A program made the position numbers and the translations under genes. This document shows, one piece after another, positions 16,829-26,016 of a DNA stretch of 43,674 bases. The DNA lies in IMG/VR virus record IMGVR_UViG_3300042535_000001, positions 1-43,674 of that record, one strand, 5' to 3'. Under the pieces are notes generated by a model, which was not told the DNA's origin, did not search any database, and saw only the letters and a list, made by a program, of their open reading frames with translations. The DNA comes from a virus. Its lineage: Duplodnaviria; Caudoviricetes. Every line of letters starts with the position of its first letter. The stretch's first letter is position 1.

Positions 16829-18697
16829 TTACTTCAACTCCTTTACTTGTAGTAATAAGGTCATTTGCTTCAAATAGTACATTTGATTAAGATTAGCACA
16901 CTTAAAAACAAACTGAATGTTGTAGCGTTTTCCTTGATGTCTTATAGGCACTTTGTAATTCAAATTGGTGTCTTTAGTGTTTATCTTATCACCAAATTTA
17001 AAGTCACCCCATTTTGAGATTAAGTTCTTAACTATGCCAGACTTTACCTGGTATTCGTTGTCGATGTTAATCACAACATCAATGTCATATCCGACTAAAG
17101 GTGAATACAGTGATACATAAAGACGTTTGAATTTTTTCTTGTTTGCCGCTTTGCTAAAGTCATAATATTTTGTACCAAGTACAAATTCAATTGGTGCGCC
17201 ATCATCAGACAATCCTTTCAATGGATCAGTCGTTGGGTCAAATACATAGTCCATATGATAAATTCTATCGTCTGCATACAACAATTTGTAATCAGATACT
17301 AAAGAGCAGTTAAACGTCCTGTTATACTCATACAAAGCCCATGAACCATCAAGTGTATTGAATACAAGTACTTTTTTATTTCCAATGTAAAGCCTATACT
17401 CATGTTCATAAAACTCTGCAAAGGCCTTTGTCCAGTCAATGTCTTTAAACCATTTTCTTACCGTCCTAGATCTACCGTTAGGCAAAGTAAACTCAGAAAC
17501 ACATTCCGGTATAGAATAACCGCTTGGAAGGTATCTATATCGATATACACCACTATCATTAGCCCAATACATAGCATTGTCGCCAATAGCTATTGTGCGA
17601 TGCTGTGAACATCCGAATCCTGTCGGCAATTCTGTATAAATGTACTTGTCTGGCAATGACCATATAGGAGTTTTACCGCTTATTAAAGTGACTGTGTTTT
17701 CAGTGAAAAGAACTACCTCACCCATAAAGCGTTTCATTCCTGTGCATGGCTCTCTGAGTTTCCACACTTGAGTAGATGGAAAATAGTCTGGCTTTTGCAA
17801 GTGCGATATTCTCACTAAGTTGTTGTACCCTGCAACCCAAATGCGTTCGTCATCGTTCAGAATAAACTTTTGATTATTTATCTCGCTAGGAGTTGTCAAG
17901 AGTACATTCGTTCCATACGCGGACACTTCTGAGGTATTAGGAGCGTAAGCAGGAACAACAGCAAGTGCATCTGCTGTGTCATTATAGTATTGATATGTTG
18001 TTCCATCCACTACAAACATATTAGGCAAATAAGCAGTAGCCGTCATATTTGTGGTAGACATTGCGCCAGATGGAGTAATGGAACCTGTGTCTGTCCAGTT
18101 TGTCACGTCACCAACTGTAGCAAGCAATTGTTTTGAGCTGCCTTGCGCCCTTCCATAAATCTTATATCCTGTAGCCGTCTGATGCTTCGCCCAAGTAAGT
18201 ACAATTGCCTTTGATGCAGTTACCGTAAGCCATTTTTCCTCTGATGGTCCTGTGTCACCTCTTGGCGTTATAGCCACTATTTGATAATGGTAAGTTCCTG
18301 CTGCGAGAGTTCCAACGCCACCGTCAAGAATACTTAGCACATCAACATTCGTTTGATACCCAAGAGCAGAAGGGTACATGATAGTTTCAATTTTGTCAGA
18401 TGTTATTGATCCACCAACGTCAACAAATGTTGTACCGTTATACTTTCTAAGTTTTATACCTGTTGCATACATGAGTCGCCTTGTGGTGCCGTTGATATAC
18501 TCTAAAAGGGTCTGTGGTTTAAGCAAACTTAGATCAATCTCAAAGTTTTTAACATATCCCTTTCGAGTACAAACTTCACCATTTTTAAATGACATGTTCT
18601 TTGTGTTTTCTGCGGCTTCATTTGAAGCAATAAGAGACGCGTCAATAAGGTTAATTCCTGCGGTTGGTAATTCTAAGTCAATTTGATACTTATTCAC
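16829..18697 (-). CDS. Tail nozzle (tubular protein B / P22 gp10-like beta-propeller) with an FN3-like insertion
   Basis: GIN..D...I..NEA....NM......V.TRKG N-terminus, propeller-like repeats, TKYYDF...NKKKFKR C-terminal motif. Confidence 0.8.
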   Translation of the reverse strand: MNKYQIDLELPTAGINLIDASLIASNEAAENTKNMSFKNGEVCTRKGYVKNFEIDLSLLKPQTLLEYINGTTRRLMYATGIKLRKYNGTTFVDVGGSITSDKIETIMYPSALGYQTNVDVLSILDGGVGTLAAGTYHYQIVAITPRGDTGPSEEKWLTVTASKAIVLTWAKHQTATGYKIYGRAQGSSKQLLATVGDVTNWTDTGSITPSGAMSTTNMTATAYLPNMFVVDGTTYQYYNDTADALAVVPAYAPNTSEVSAYGTNVLLTTPSEINNQKFILNDDERIWVAGYNNLVRISHLQKPDYFPSTQVWKLREPCTGMKRFMGEVVLFTENTVTLISGKTPIWSLPDKYIYTELPTGFGCSQHRTIAIGDNAMYWANDSGVYRYRYLPSGYSIPECVSEFTLPNGRSRTVRKWFKDIDWTKAFAEFYEHEYRLYIGNKKVLVFNTLDGSWALYEYNRTFNCSLVSDYKLLYADDRIYHMDYVFDPTTDPLKGLSDDGAPIEFVLGTKYYDFSKAANKKKFKRLYVSLYSPLVGYDIDVVINIDNEYQVKSGIVKNLISKWGDFKFGDKINTKDTNLNYKVPIRHQGKRYNIQFVFKCANLNQMYYLKQMTLLLQVKELK

Positions 18698-18701
18698 TTA
18701 A

Positions 18702-19220
18702 TCACCATCCGTTCTTAAATTTCGTTATAGTATTTTTTGGAGCAATTGAGTTAAGACTTTGCAAGAATGAGTTATTAAATGCTTCTCTCATATCAGCGTC
18801 ATCCTCAGCCAAATAAAACAGCCCAGATACATACTTTGCAAGCGAATAAAAATATCGTGAATCAATGTCTGGAATTTGACTAGGGCTTGTATCTTCTAGT
18901 CTTGCAGGTGTTTTGTAGTAATAAACATCAACTGTGCCGTCTTTGATGTTTTCATTTAAAATTATCTCACCATTCCATATTTCAACTTCATTTAGAGTAG
19001 CTTTGTTTCTCACAATCTTCTTGAGAGTTTCCATATCAGCAGGAACAGCAAAAACGTTTGATGTTAGTGTAACGGTTAATTTTGGAGCTTCGATTGGGTA
19101 CTTTTGAACAATAAGAGCCTGTCCCTCATTCATGTACTCAATTAAAGACTTTAATCCGTCAGCCTGTCCATCAATCAATCGGTCATTAATGTAATCAAAA
19201 ATGTCTTGTAATGTTTTCAT
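18702..19220 (-). CDS. Head-tail adaptor (tubular protein A-like)
   Basis: MKTLQDI...YMNEGQ...YYKTP.RL......PDID.RY..L motif pattern; position between capsid and nozzle. Confidence 0.75.
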   Translation of the reverse strand: MKTLQDIFDYINDRLIDGQADGLKSLIEYMNEGQALIVQKYPIEAPKLTVTLTSNVFAVPADMETLKKIVRNKATLNEVEIWNGEIILNENIKDGTVDVYYYKTPARLEDTSPSQIPDIDSRYFYSLAKYVSGLFYLAEDDADMREAFNNSFLQSLNSIAPKNTITKFKNGW

Positions 19221-19243
19221 TTATTCAACTCCTTTCACATTAA

Positions 19244-19275
19244 ATTATAACTGTATTCTCTCAATCTTTTTGCAC
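19244..19275 (-). promoter_or_regulatory. Late-promoter motif copy (tail operon)
   Basis: GTGCAAAAAG-N16-TATAAT. Confidence 0.75.
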
Positions 19276-19282
19276 TAATACA

Positions 19283-19316
19283 AGAGAACCCCACTCAAAT
19301 TATGAATGGGGTTCTA
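19283..19316 (-). terminator. Terminator after the head operon
   Basis: AGAACCCCA...TGGGGTTCT inverted repeat followed by CTTGT. Confidence 0.65.
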
Positions 19317-19320
19317 TGGT

Positions 19321-19770
19321 TTAACCTTCTAATGCTGCTCTAACTCTATCTTCGAACTTGCCAACTTCGGCTTCGTCCATTTCTGCAGCCATCATTTCTT
19401 GTCTGTGGCTTTGCTCTAATGCCAAAGCAAATTTTCGTTTGATTTCTACCGGAACACCTCTTTTAACTCTGCAAATGTTGCCATTTACAGCAACAACAAC
19501 ATCGTCTTTGTATTTATCCTTGTCCTTAAACAAAAGAATGGTGACCAGTTCGTCCATGTATTCATTAGCTTGATTTGGTTCAGAGATTTCAGAAACCATT
19601 ACTGCGGAACTTTTAACAAGTTCTGTTTGCTCCTGCTTAAATGCCTTTAACTCTTGAATCTCTGCAAGCATTGTTTCAAGCACTGACTTGTCAACCATGA
19701 TTGCACCTGCTGTTGGTTCTGCTGTTGGTTCTTGATTTAATAAATCAGTTTGAGTATCACCTTTAGCCAT
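19321..19770 (-). CDS. Conserved capsid-adjacent protein
   Basis: DVVVAVNG....VKRGVPVEI motif, as I recall typical just downstream of this capsid family; AAGGAG RBS. Confidence 0.7.
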   Translation of the reverse strand: MAKGDTQTDLLNQEPTAEPTAGAIMVDKSVLETMLAEIQELKAFKQEQTELVKSSAVMVSEISEPNQANEYMDELVTILLFKDKDKYKDDVVVAVNGNICRVKRGVPVEIKRKFALALEQSHRQEMMAAEMDEAEVGKFEDRVRAALEG

Positions 19771-19794
19771 TGTAAATTTCTCCTTTATTGAGAA

Positions 19795-19815
19795 TAAAGG
19801 GGCTTTCGCCCCCTA
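19795..19815 (-). terminator. Hairpin or terminator after the major capsid gene
   Basis: AGGGGGC-GAAA-GCCCCTT-TATT. Confidence 0.75.
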
Positions 19816-19817
19816 TC

Positions 19818-21092
19818 TTAGTTTGTTCTGCCTACAAATGGTGACGTATGCTCAACCCTAACCATGTAAAGCTCAGTAAGAATTTCAGCCGTGTGAATAG
19901 CTTTCCAACCTTGCGTTCCTCTTTGGTTAAGTGCATCAGACGTACCACCAGAGCCAAGAGGTTTAGCAATCATTTGAAGACCGCCACCGTCAATTGAAGT
20001 TGTACCGTAAGCATCAGCACCAATAATAAGAGTTGAGTAAACGTCTCTACCTTTAGCACCCGCTTCGCCTGGATAACACTTTTCACCGTTAGTAGGTGAG
20101 CCAGTGACTGTTTCAGAAACAGTGATTGTTGCCGCGCCCGCAGAACCTGCAGCAGAAGCAGTAACAGTGTATAAAACACCTTTGATAATGATTTTTCTTG
20201 CAACAAGAGCTGTTGCTTCGCCTGCTGTGATTGCTTCTTGCATTGTGAACGTTTTAGACGTAACAGACGCAACTGTCAAATCTCTAGCCGCAGCCGTAAG
20301 GTTAGCAGCTTTGAAAATTTTAGCTTCTGTAGACTCAACGAAACGAACGTTCATGTATTTACCGATTTCATCCTTGAAAATTTTGTCGGCATTTTGAGAC
20401 TTAACAACATCTGTCCACTCAGTATCTTTCATGAGCATGTAAGTTGTGTCTGGATGAACAATTGCTACATAACTGCCACCATCTTCTGGTTTCGCCAACC
20501 CATTTTTGAGGTTAAGAGCAGCTTGTCTAATTGACTCACAGTTAAAGTAATGGTTGTTCGCCCATGTAGCATCGCCACCAACAAGAAGGAATCTTGCTGA
20601 AACTCTTGAGTCAGAGTATTGAACGTTTGTGCCGGCGTTGATAACTTCTCTAGTGAGAGTATCAAGCGTTCTGCCTGCTTGGTCGCCAAGAAGTCTGTTT
20701 GTCTCAAGGATCACATTGTCGATTGTAGTCATTGACAAAATGTCTGAGTGAGTAACATATCCACCGTACTGCTTAACAGTCGCTGTGAACGATGTAACTG
20801 CTACTTTTTGACCATCGGGAGTAACGCCCTCTGAAAGTGCTGTTGTGAGTTTAGGCAAAACGTCAAACTTTCTGAACTCGATTGTCTTGCCGTTGCCTTT
20901 AGGGATGTTTCTCTTTTGACCAAACTTGTTATGGACCAATAACGGCTCCGCAATCTTCAAGAGGTCTTTGTCGTAGAATGTTTTCATTTCGGCAGTCATA
21001 CCCGAATCTGTAGAAATATTCGTGTTAGGCGCGCCGTCAAACATTCTAAGGTTAATTTTCATGATTTCCTCAATGCTAATCATTTTATTCAT
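19818..21092 (-). CDS. Major capsid protein, N4-gp56 family (HK97 fold), with a Prp-type N-terminal leader
   Basis: EMKTFYDK.LL...P.LVH.KFGQKR.IPKG.GKTIEFRKF..L....L.EGVTPDG, K.LGS.GT.D.LNQR.T.GWKA. Start is ATG 21092 (AAGGAG) or 21062, not 21164. Confidence 0.93.
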   Translation of the reverse strand: MNKMISIEEIMKINLRMFDGAPNTNISTDSGMTAEMKTFYDKDLLKIAEPLLVHNKFGQKRNIPKGNGKTIEFRKFDVLPKLTTALSEGVTPDGQKVAVTSFTATVKQYGGYVTHSDILSMTTIDNVILETNRLLGDQAGRTLDTLTREVINAGTNVQYSDSRVSARFLLVGGDATWANNHYFNCESIRQAALNLKNGLAKPEDGGSYVAIVHPDTTYMLMKDTEWTDVVKSQNADKIFKDEIGKYMNVRFVESTEAKIFKAANLTAAARDLTVASVTSKTFTMQEAITAGEATALVARKIIIKGVLYTVTASAAGSAGAATITVSETVTGSPTNGEKCYPGEAGAKGRDVYSTLIIGADAYGTTSIDGGGLQMIAKPLGSGGTSDALNQRGTQGWKAIHTAEILTELYMVRVEHTSPFVGRTN

Positions 21093-21114
21093 AGTCTGTG
21101 TACTCCTTTTAGGG

Positions 21115-21963
21115 TTATAGTCGGATGACTTCCCCTCTTGCCACTCTCTTTCGGATATCGTCAATATCTGAATCAGAGAATTTTGAAGGGTCAGTTTTGC
21201 GTACTACTCCCCCCTGTGGTTTTGATCCTTGTTCTTTAGGTCTGTTGACTTTCTTTTCGGGTTCAGCAACTTTGAAAGATTTCTCAAGAGTGACTTGAAA
21301 GGCATCAATGAACGAATACCCCGCTTGAATCTTAGCTCTAAAATTTTCATTTTCAAGAGCTTTGTCCATATCAAAACTAGGGTAATTCTTCTTGATTTCA
21401 GATGTGTCATCCATCCAACCTTTAACGGTTGCTTGGACTCTTTCTTCCTCAGTCTTACTGTTGAGTTTTTCTTTTAACTCAGCGTTTTCGTTGAGTGCTT
21501 GCCGTGACCTTTTGTAGGCTGCAACGTCCTTAAAGCCCTCGTCCTCTGCTAATGATTCGAGTACTTCTTCCTCAATTTTCGATTGGAGTTCTTCAACCGT
21601 CTTAACCTTGTAAAATTTCATCAAGTCGTTAACAATAGGCTCGTATTGACTAACTTTAGCCACAACCTCTTTGTTTTCCTTGAATCGTCTGTCAAGATTG
21701 GATTGAAAATCTCTATGAAAATCTTCTTTGAACTCGCTTTTCATAGCTTCATACGCGGATTTTTTACCTTCGGGTGAGAGTTTTGAGAAGTCATAACTAA
21801 AATCAGAACTCAGCTGTTGTTCCTCTCCGCCTACTTCTCCTGTATTCGGTTCTTCTGACTCGCCTTTGCCATAAATAATTACGGCAGGTTCGTCCGCTTG
21901 GTTTTCTTCTGGTTCTTCATCGAATAACCTTAGATCAACCAATAAAATTTCTTGTCCTAGCAT
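21115..21963 (-). CDS. Head scaffolding protein with a Prp-type N-terminal leader
   Basis: Acidic coiled coil; DLRLFD leader; C-terminal DPSKFSDSDIDDIRKRVARGEVIRL; directly upstream of the capsid gene. Confidence 0.85.
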   Translation of the reverse strand: MLGQEILLVDLRLFDEEPEENQADEPAVIIYGKGESEEPNTGEVGGEEQQLSSDFSYDFSKLSPEGKKSAYEAMKSEFKEDFHRDFQSNLDRRFKENKEVVAKVSQYEPIVNDLMKFYKVKTVEELQSKIEEEVLESLAEDEGFKDVAAYKRSRQALNENAELKEKLNSKTEEERVQATVKGWMDDTSEIKKNYPSFDMDKALENENFRAKIQAGYSFIDAFQVTLEKSFKVAEPEKKVNRPKEQGSKPQGGVVRKTDPSKFSDSDIDDIRKRVARGEVIRL

Positions 21964-21979
21964 TTTGTACCCCTTTCCT

Positions 21980-22036
21980 TCGGTCTTTCCCGAGAGTCAT
22001 GCAGAGTCTATTCCTCAGTGTCACGCCCTGTCGGCG
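21980..22036 (-). promoter_or_regulatory. Structured 5' leader of the scaffold gene with two tandem GACWCU-stem-GAA(U)AGA-stem motifs
   Basis: GACACT-GAG-GAATAGA-CTC and GACTCT-CGG-GAAAGA-CCG, plus a CGCC-GACAG-GGCG hairpin upstream. Confidence 0.5.
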
Positions 22037-22392
22037 GTTGTATTTGTGTTCAAATCCATTTTAGCACACTCTTTTATATCTTTTTTCACTGGATTAGGAA
22101 TAATATTGATTTTTACATTTTCGGGGTATGTCTTAGCCACCTGTAACATGCCTATGAGGATTGTATTGAAAATAAGGTGGCTCTTAGGCATTGCTTCGGC
22201 TTCTGCAAAGAAATCGCCACTGTCAGCTCTGTAGCTTATAAGCTGACCTGTCGCTCTAACACCACCCACAAAGCACATTGCTAGTGCGGATATAGCCGAG
22301 CAGACTATATCGTTTCCAGGGTTATAATCTGCATGGCCTTCAACTTCAAGTTGGATTGTATTTTCGTTTGATGTTGCGTTTACTTGAATCAT
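22021..22392 (-). CDS. prp: Prp-family (DUF464, ribosomal L27-processing type) cysteine protease
   Basis: VEGHADYNPGNDIVCSAISAL catalytic His/Cys motif and ...GMLQVAKTYPENV C-terminal motif. Confidence 0.9.
   Translation of the reverse strand: MIQVNATSNENTIQLEVEGHADYNPGNDIVCSAISALAMCFVGGVRATGQLISYRADSGDFFAEAEAMPKSHLIFNTILIGMLQVAKTYPENVKINIIPNPVKKDIKECAKMDLNTNTTADRA
22058..22089 (-). promoter_or_regulatory. Late-promoter motif copy (scaffold/capsid), inside the 3' end of prp
   Basis: GTGAAAAAAG-N16-TAAAAT with a TG extension. Confidence 0.7.
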
Positions 22393-24149
22393 AACGTTGG
22401 CACCGCCTGTCCGTCTAGTTGAGTCATATCTTTGCCTGTGGTTTGCTTAATATATTCGTTCATTCCTTGCGTAACTTCCATGAGCTGTTGAACCTGTTGT
22501 GTGAGCATTTGAATCTGCTCATACATCTGTCCATTTTCACTGATCTGCTTTAATACCTTCTCTTTGCCCTCGAAAGACATCATGCCAAGCGCAATGATTG
22601 ACTGAGGGGCCATTTCGGGATTAAAGAAGCCAAGGCCATACATTTCTTTAGCCAACTCATTATGTGCTGCTCTTGTGAATGGCGATGCTTTTTCAGCCAG
22701 TATGTCTATGTCAAGCACTGGCTTTCTATACTCACCAGTTTCAATACCCATTTCATCAAGCACTGGTTGTTCTTGAAGCCCGCTATTGTCATATGTCACA
22801 TATTCTGGGTCGCCTTGCTCATTTGTGATTCTGAATTTTTTTTCTGTGGTATAGAACTGTCTGATAAGCTCTACAACCATTTCAATCATATCTGCATAGG
22901 ATTCGTAACCACTACCAATCATATCTCTTGAGGTCTTATTGCCTGCTTCTTGAAGCATAGCAATTGCACTAGCAGCAGTAACGCCACCACCAGTATCACC
23001 GCGAGAGAAGTCTTGAGTAGAGGAAATGTCTTTCATTTCGTTGATTTTGTTTTCTCTATGGTTTGCAACAAAGGCAGCCATTGGCTTGCCTTGCATCACC
23101 ATAAAGTTTTCACCCTCTCTTACGCCACCTTGCACAGTGATAACGTCTTTTGATAAGTCTGCTAAGTCATTCGGATCAATTCCAAGCCCCTCACTCACAA
23201 GGTATCTTACGCGTCCAGATACTAAAGCATTTTTGCTGATTAACTGGTCCAGTTTGTCAATATACATTTGTGGGTTCTTGATGATGTCAATATACCCAAA
23301 GCCAATTGGAGTGCTTTCTTCCGGGAACAGAACGTCCATGACTACAGGAAACTTTCCGTGGTCATATAATCCGGTTTCAGCAAGGTCGGGATCAGTCTCA
23401 GTGTTTGACAGTAGTGTGTCATTCACAAACTTGATAAGATGGACAACTTGCTTTCCTTCTGCGTTAACCTTCTTGACGTAGCAGTCCCATACAATACTCT
23501 TGGCTGATATGTCTATTGTGTCATCGGAAATGTATTGCTTAATTTCGTGAGCATCTGAGCCACTAAGGCTGATACCTTGCTTGGCATACATACGCTCAAG
23601 CACGTCATTGTCTTCAAGTGTGCCTATGAATAAATGGCTTGAATCTTGAATGTCTGAAATCCCTGGCTCCCAATACATGTTGAGTACGTCAATTCTAGTG
23701 ATTTTTATGTCATCCGTGTCAGTATCCCAAAACACGCCAGTAGCGTTAAATCCTTGCTTGAGTAAATACCATGCAGAGTTTGAATATACGCGTCTAAACT
23801 TATTCTGTCTAAGAATGACTGGCACAATCTTAGAGAGCGTCTGAGCTTCTTTCTCATCGCTTTGTTCTCTTGGTGTGAAGTTAGGAACAGGGAAATAGTC
23901 CATGATGTCAGCGTGCTTGTTGGCTAATGTACTGAATAGATATGCTGTAGTTGGTTCTGGTTCGTCTGCTGCATCTTCTAGTCTTGTGATGTCCCAATGT
24001 TGGCTCTTGTACCATCTGTCATTTTCAACAATCTTGTCCTCTATGTGTTGCTTACCTTCTGCAAACTTATCTAGCTTGTCTTGAAGCACTGATACAATTG
24101 GGTCGCTTGATTTCTTGAGTCTGGTATACTTTACTGAGCCTTTTGCCAT
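22389..24149 (-). CDS. Portal protein (P22-like)
   Basis: 586 aa after terL; GVTAASAIAMLQEAGNKTSRD...VELIRQFY.....FRI motif. Confidence 0.9.
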   Translation of the reverse strand: MAKGSVKYTRLKKSSDPIVSVLQDKLDKFAEGKQHIEDKIVENDRWYKSQHWDITRLEDAADEPEPTTAYLFSTLANKHADIMDYFPVPNFTPREQSDEKEAQTLSKIVPVILRQNKFRRVYSNSAWYLLKQGFNATGVFWDTDTDDIKITRIDVLNMYWEPGISDIQDSSHLFIGTLEDNDVLERMYAKQGISLSGSDAHEIKQYISDDTIDISAKSIVWDCYVKKVNAEGKQVVHLIKFVNDTLLSNTETDPDLAETGLYDHGKFPVVMDVLFPEESTPIGFGYIDIIKNPQMYIDKLDQLISKNALVSGRVRYLVSEGLGIDPNDLADLSKDVITVQGGVREGENFMVMQGKPMAAFVANHRENKINEMKDISSTQDFSRGDTGGGVTAASAIAMLQEAGNKTSRDMIGSGYESYADMIEMVVELIRQFYTTEKKFRITNEQGDPEYVTYDNSGLQEQPVLDEMGIETGEYRKPVLDIDILAEKASPFTRAAHNELAKEMYGLGFFNPEMAPQSIIALGMMSFEGKEKVLKQISENGQMYEQIQMLTQQVQQLMEVTQGMNEYIKQTTGKDMTQLDGQAVPTL

Positions 24150-24158
24150 GTTTACCCC

Positions 24159-25109
24159 CTATAGTCTCATAAATCCATATGGATTACGTTTTGTTTCTGC
24201 TACTGTTTCGAGTGGATTGTAGACGTATGGTTTAACTTGCTTATTACCTCTTGGTGGAAGTGGATTCTCCATCGTCTGATATCTTGCTTCGTCATAAATA
24301 TGATCTTCTTGAGAAGTGTCAACGTCCTCAACGTCCTTATCATCATACACCAGTGAAGGTATCGTGCGTATGAAGTCTTTGCAAGTGTCGAATATATACA
24401 TCATCGGTATGCCATCGTCATCAAACGCCAATCTGTAGTGCATCTGCATTTTTCCTGCTATGCGTTCATTGTCAGCAGGGTCCCAATACACACCCTCACG
24501 CTCCATTGACTGAGCCACAGACTCACCTCTTGACGCATCCCATATGCTAGGGTCTGCAATACCGCGAATGTGTATGCCTTTAGGCTCATACTTTTCTTCA
24601 ATGGCTCTTATCTCTTGAGCTATGCGCTGTGGTGTCCATTTAAGGCCTGTATTCGGTTGGTTAGGCATACAACCATATAGCTCACGATAGCGGTATAAAC
24701 GTCCGTCATTGTCAGCAGCCCACCATCCAACTGAAAACGGTTTAGCATAACCAAAGTCAAATGATCTAAACCGCCGCCACTCTCGAGGAATCTTAAAAGG
24801 CTTGATAACATGAGTCCATTGCCTATCGTGATGATGGTCTAAGTCGTTCTTAAACTCTGAGAAAACTTGTCCGCTAAACGAATCCCAATCTCCGTACAGA
24901 AACGCTTTCTTCTCAGCTTCGGGTAGCATGGCAAGTGTTGCGACATACAAAGGGTTGTTATCTAGCAAAGCCCTATTGTCGAATACTGATGCAGGGATAA
25001 AGATTCTATCCATTATCATTTTCTCACCGTTGACATCTAACAGCTCATACTTACGCTGCATGGGTTCCATTGCGGTAATGAATCTATCTTTTACCCATCC
25101 ATGACCTAC
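24159..25109 (-). CDS. terL: Terminase large subunit, exon 2 (nuclease domain)
   Basis: The frame upstream of the tracked ORF reads VGHGWVKDRFITAMEPM; contains FDFGYAKPFSVGWWA and EDHIYDEARY. Confidence 0.92.
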   Translation of the reverse strand, partial: VGHGWVKDRFITAMEPMQRKYELLDVNGEKMIMDRIFIPASVFDNRALLDNNPLYVATLAMLPEAEKKAFLYGDWDSFSGQVFSEFKNDLDHHHDRQWTHVIKPFKIPREWRRFRSFDFGYAKPFSVGWWAADNDGRLYRYRELYGCMPNQPNTGLKWTPQRIAQEIRAIEEKYEPKGIHIRGIADPSIWDASRGESVAQSMEREGVYWDPADNERIAGKMQMHYRLAFDDDGIPMMYIFDTCKDFIRTIPSLVYDDKDVEDVDTSQEDHIYDEARYQTMENPLPPRGNKQVKPYVYNPLETVAETKRNPYGFMRL

Positions 25110-25365
25110 CAGTCTTGTTATCGCAAGGCTTTTTATCCTTGCTTCTGCATGTTGTTATTCCATGCAGCTCAGCATATGTTTTCACCTTCAACATGACTTG
25201 CTAAGGTGTCCCGACCTCGTGGGGAGATTATATCTTTTCACTCCCTATGCGTTGCCCCTGGTTAACCTTCGATTAACCTTCGGTTCAAGTTGGCATTTCA
25301 GCTTTCCTTGCTTAATTTCGGGATTTTAACAGGTTTTATCTCTGTGATTTCTCACAAAGTCGGCA

Positions 25366-25962
25366 TTAAGTCCGTTTAACCGATGCGGAAGGTCTGAGTG
25401 GTATACCGTGCTTTCTAAGGTGTTTGCCTATAGTAACAGCAGAAACTCCAATAACATCAGCAATCTGATATGTGGTCATTAGATCAGCGCAATACATTTT
25501 GTGCAATTCTTCAAACGATACATTAGCTCTTTGCTCTCCGTTCCAATCTCTTATTGGAATGCCGCTAAGTTTTAATATTTGAGATAATTGCTTTTTGCAT
25601 TTACCATGATCTAATGATATTTCTTGAAGCGTCCTGCCATTCTTATAGTCGGTTATGATTTGTTGTATAAGTGAGTAGCTGAACCCTAGCACAGTATTCA
25701 ATAAATTATTAACATCATCATGATTGTTAATGTATTCTAATTCAACTCTGCTTAATTCACCATCTGGCACGTTTTCGCATAGAGGTTCAATAAAGAAATT
25801 GTCTATGCCTATATTACGCATTTCTTCATACAACTCATAACGCCTTACACCTTTTCTAGCTCTGCTTTTATGCTCTCTAAGTCTTGTCTTTAAGTCCCTA
25901 GTAGTAGCACCGATGTATACCTTTTCATTGACCGTGTTTTTGAGAATATAAACTGTTGACAT
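25366..25962 (-). CDS. Intron-encoded GIY-YIG homing endonuclease with C-terminal HTH repeats
   Basis: VYILKNTVNEKVYIGAT.....RL.EH; LE..YI; two HTH-like C-terminal repeats ending GIP(I/L)R. Confidence 0.9.
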   Translation of the reverse strand: MSTVYILKNTVNEKVYIGATTRDLKTRLREHKSRARKGVRRYELYEEMRNIGIDNFFIEPLCENVPDGELSRVELEYINNHDDVNNLLNTVLGFSYSLIQQIITDYKNGRTLQEISLDHGKCKKQLSQILKLSGIPIRDWNGEQRANVSFEELHKMYCADLMTTYQIADVIGVSAVTIGKHLRKHGIPLRPSASVKRT

Positions 25963-25984
25963 ATAATCAACCCCCTTTGTTTAT

Positions 25985-26016
25985 ATTCTACCACAGGGTT
26001 TGCAGTCTTTTTTCGT
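25985..26016 (-). promoter_or_regulatory. Late-promoter-like element inside the intron, upstream of the endonuclease
   Basis: ACGAAAAAAG-N16-TAGAAT with a TG extension; 8/10 match to the GTGAAAAAAG box with the same spacing. Confidence 0.55.

Noticed and set aside
21093-21164. Extended capsid start at 21164, and similar extensions at 28146, 30729, 30982, 36354, 27620 and 4691
   Set aside because: Downstream starts have clear RBSs and match family N-termini, while the extensions overlap neighbouring genes or promoters.
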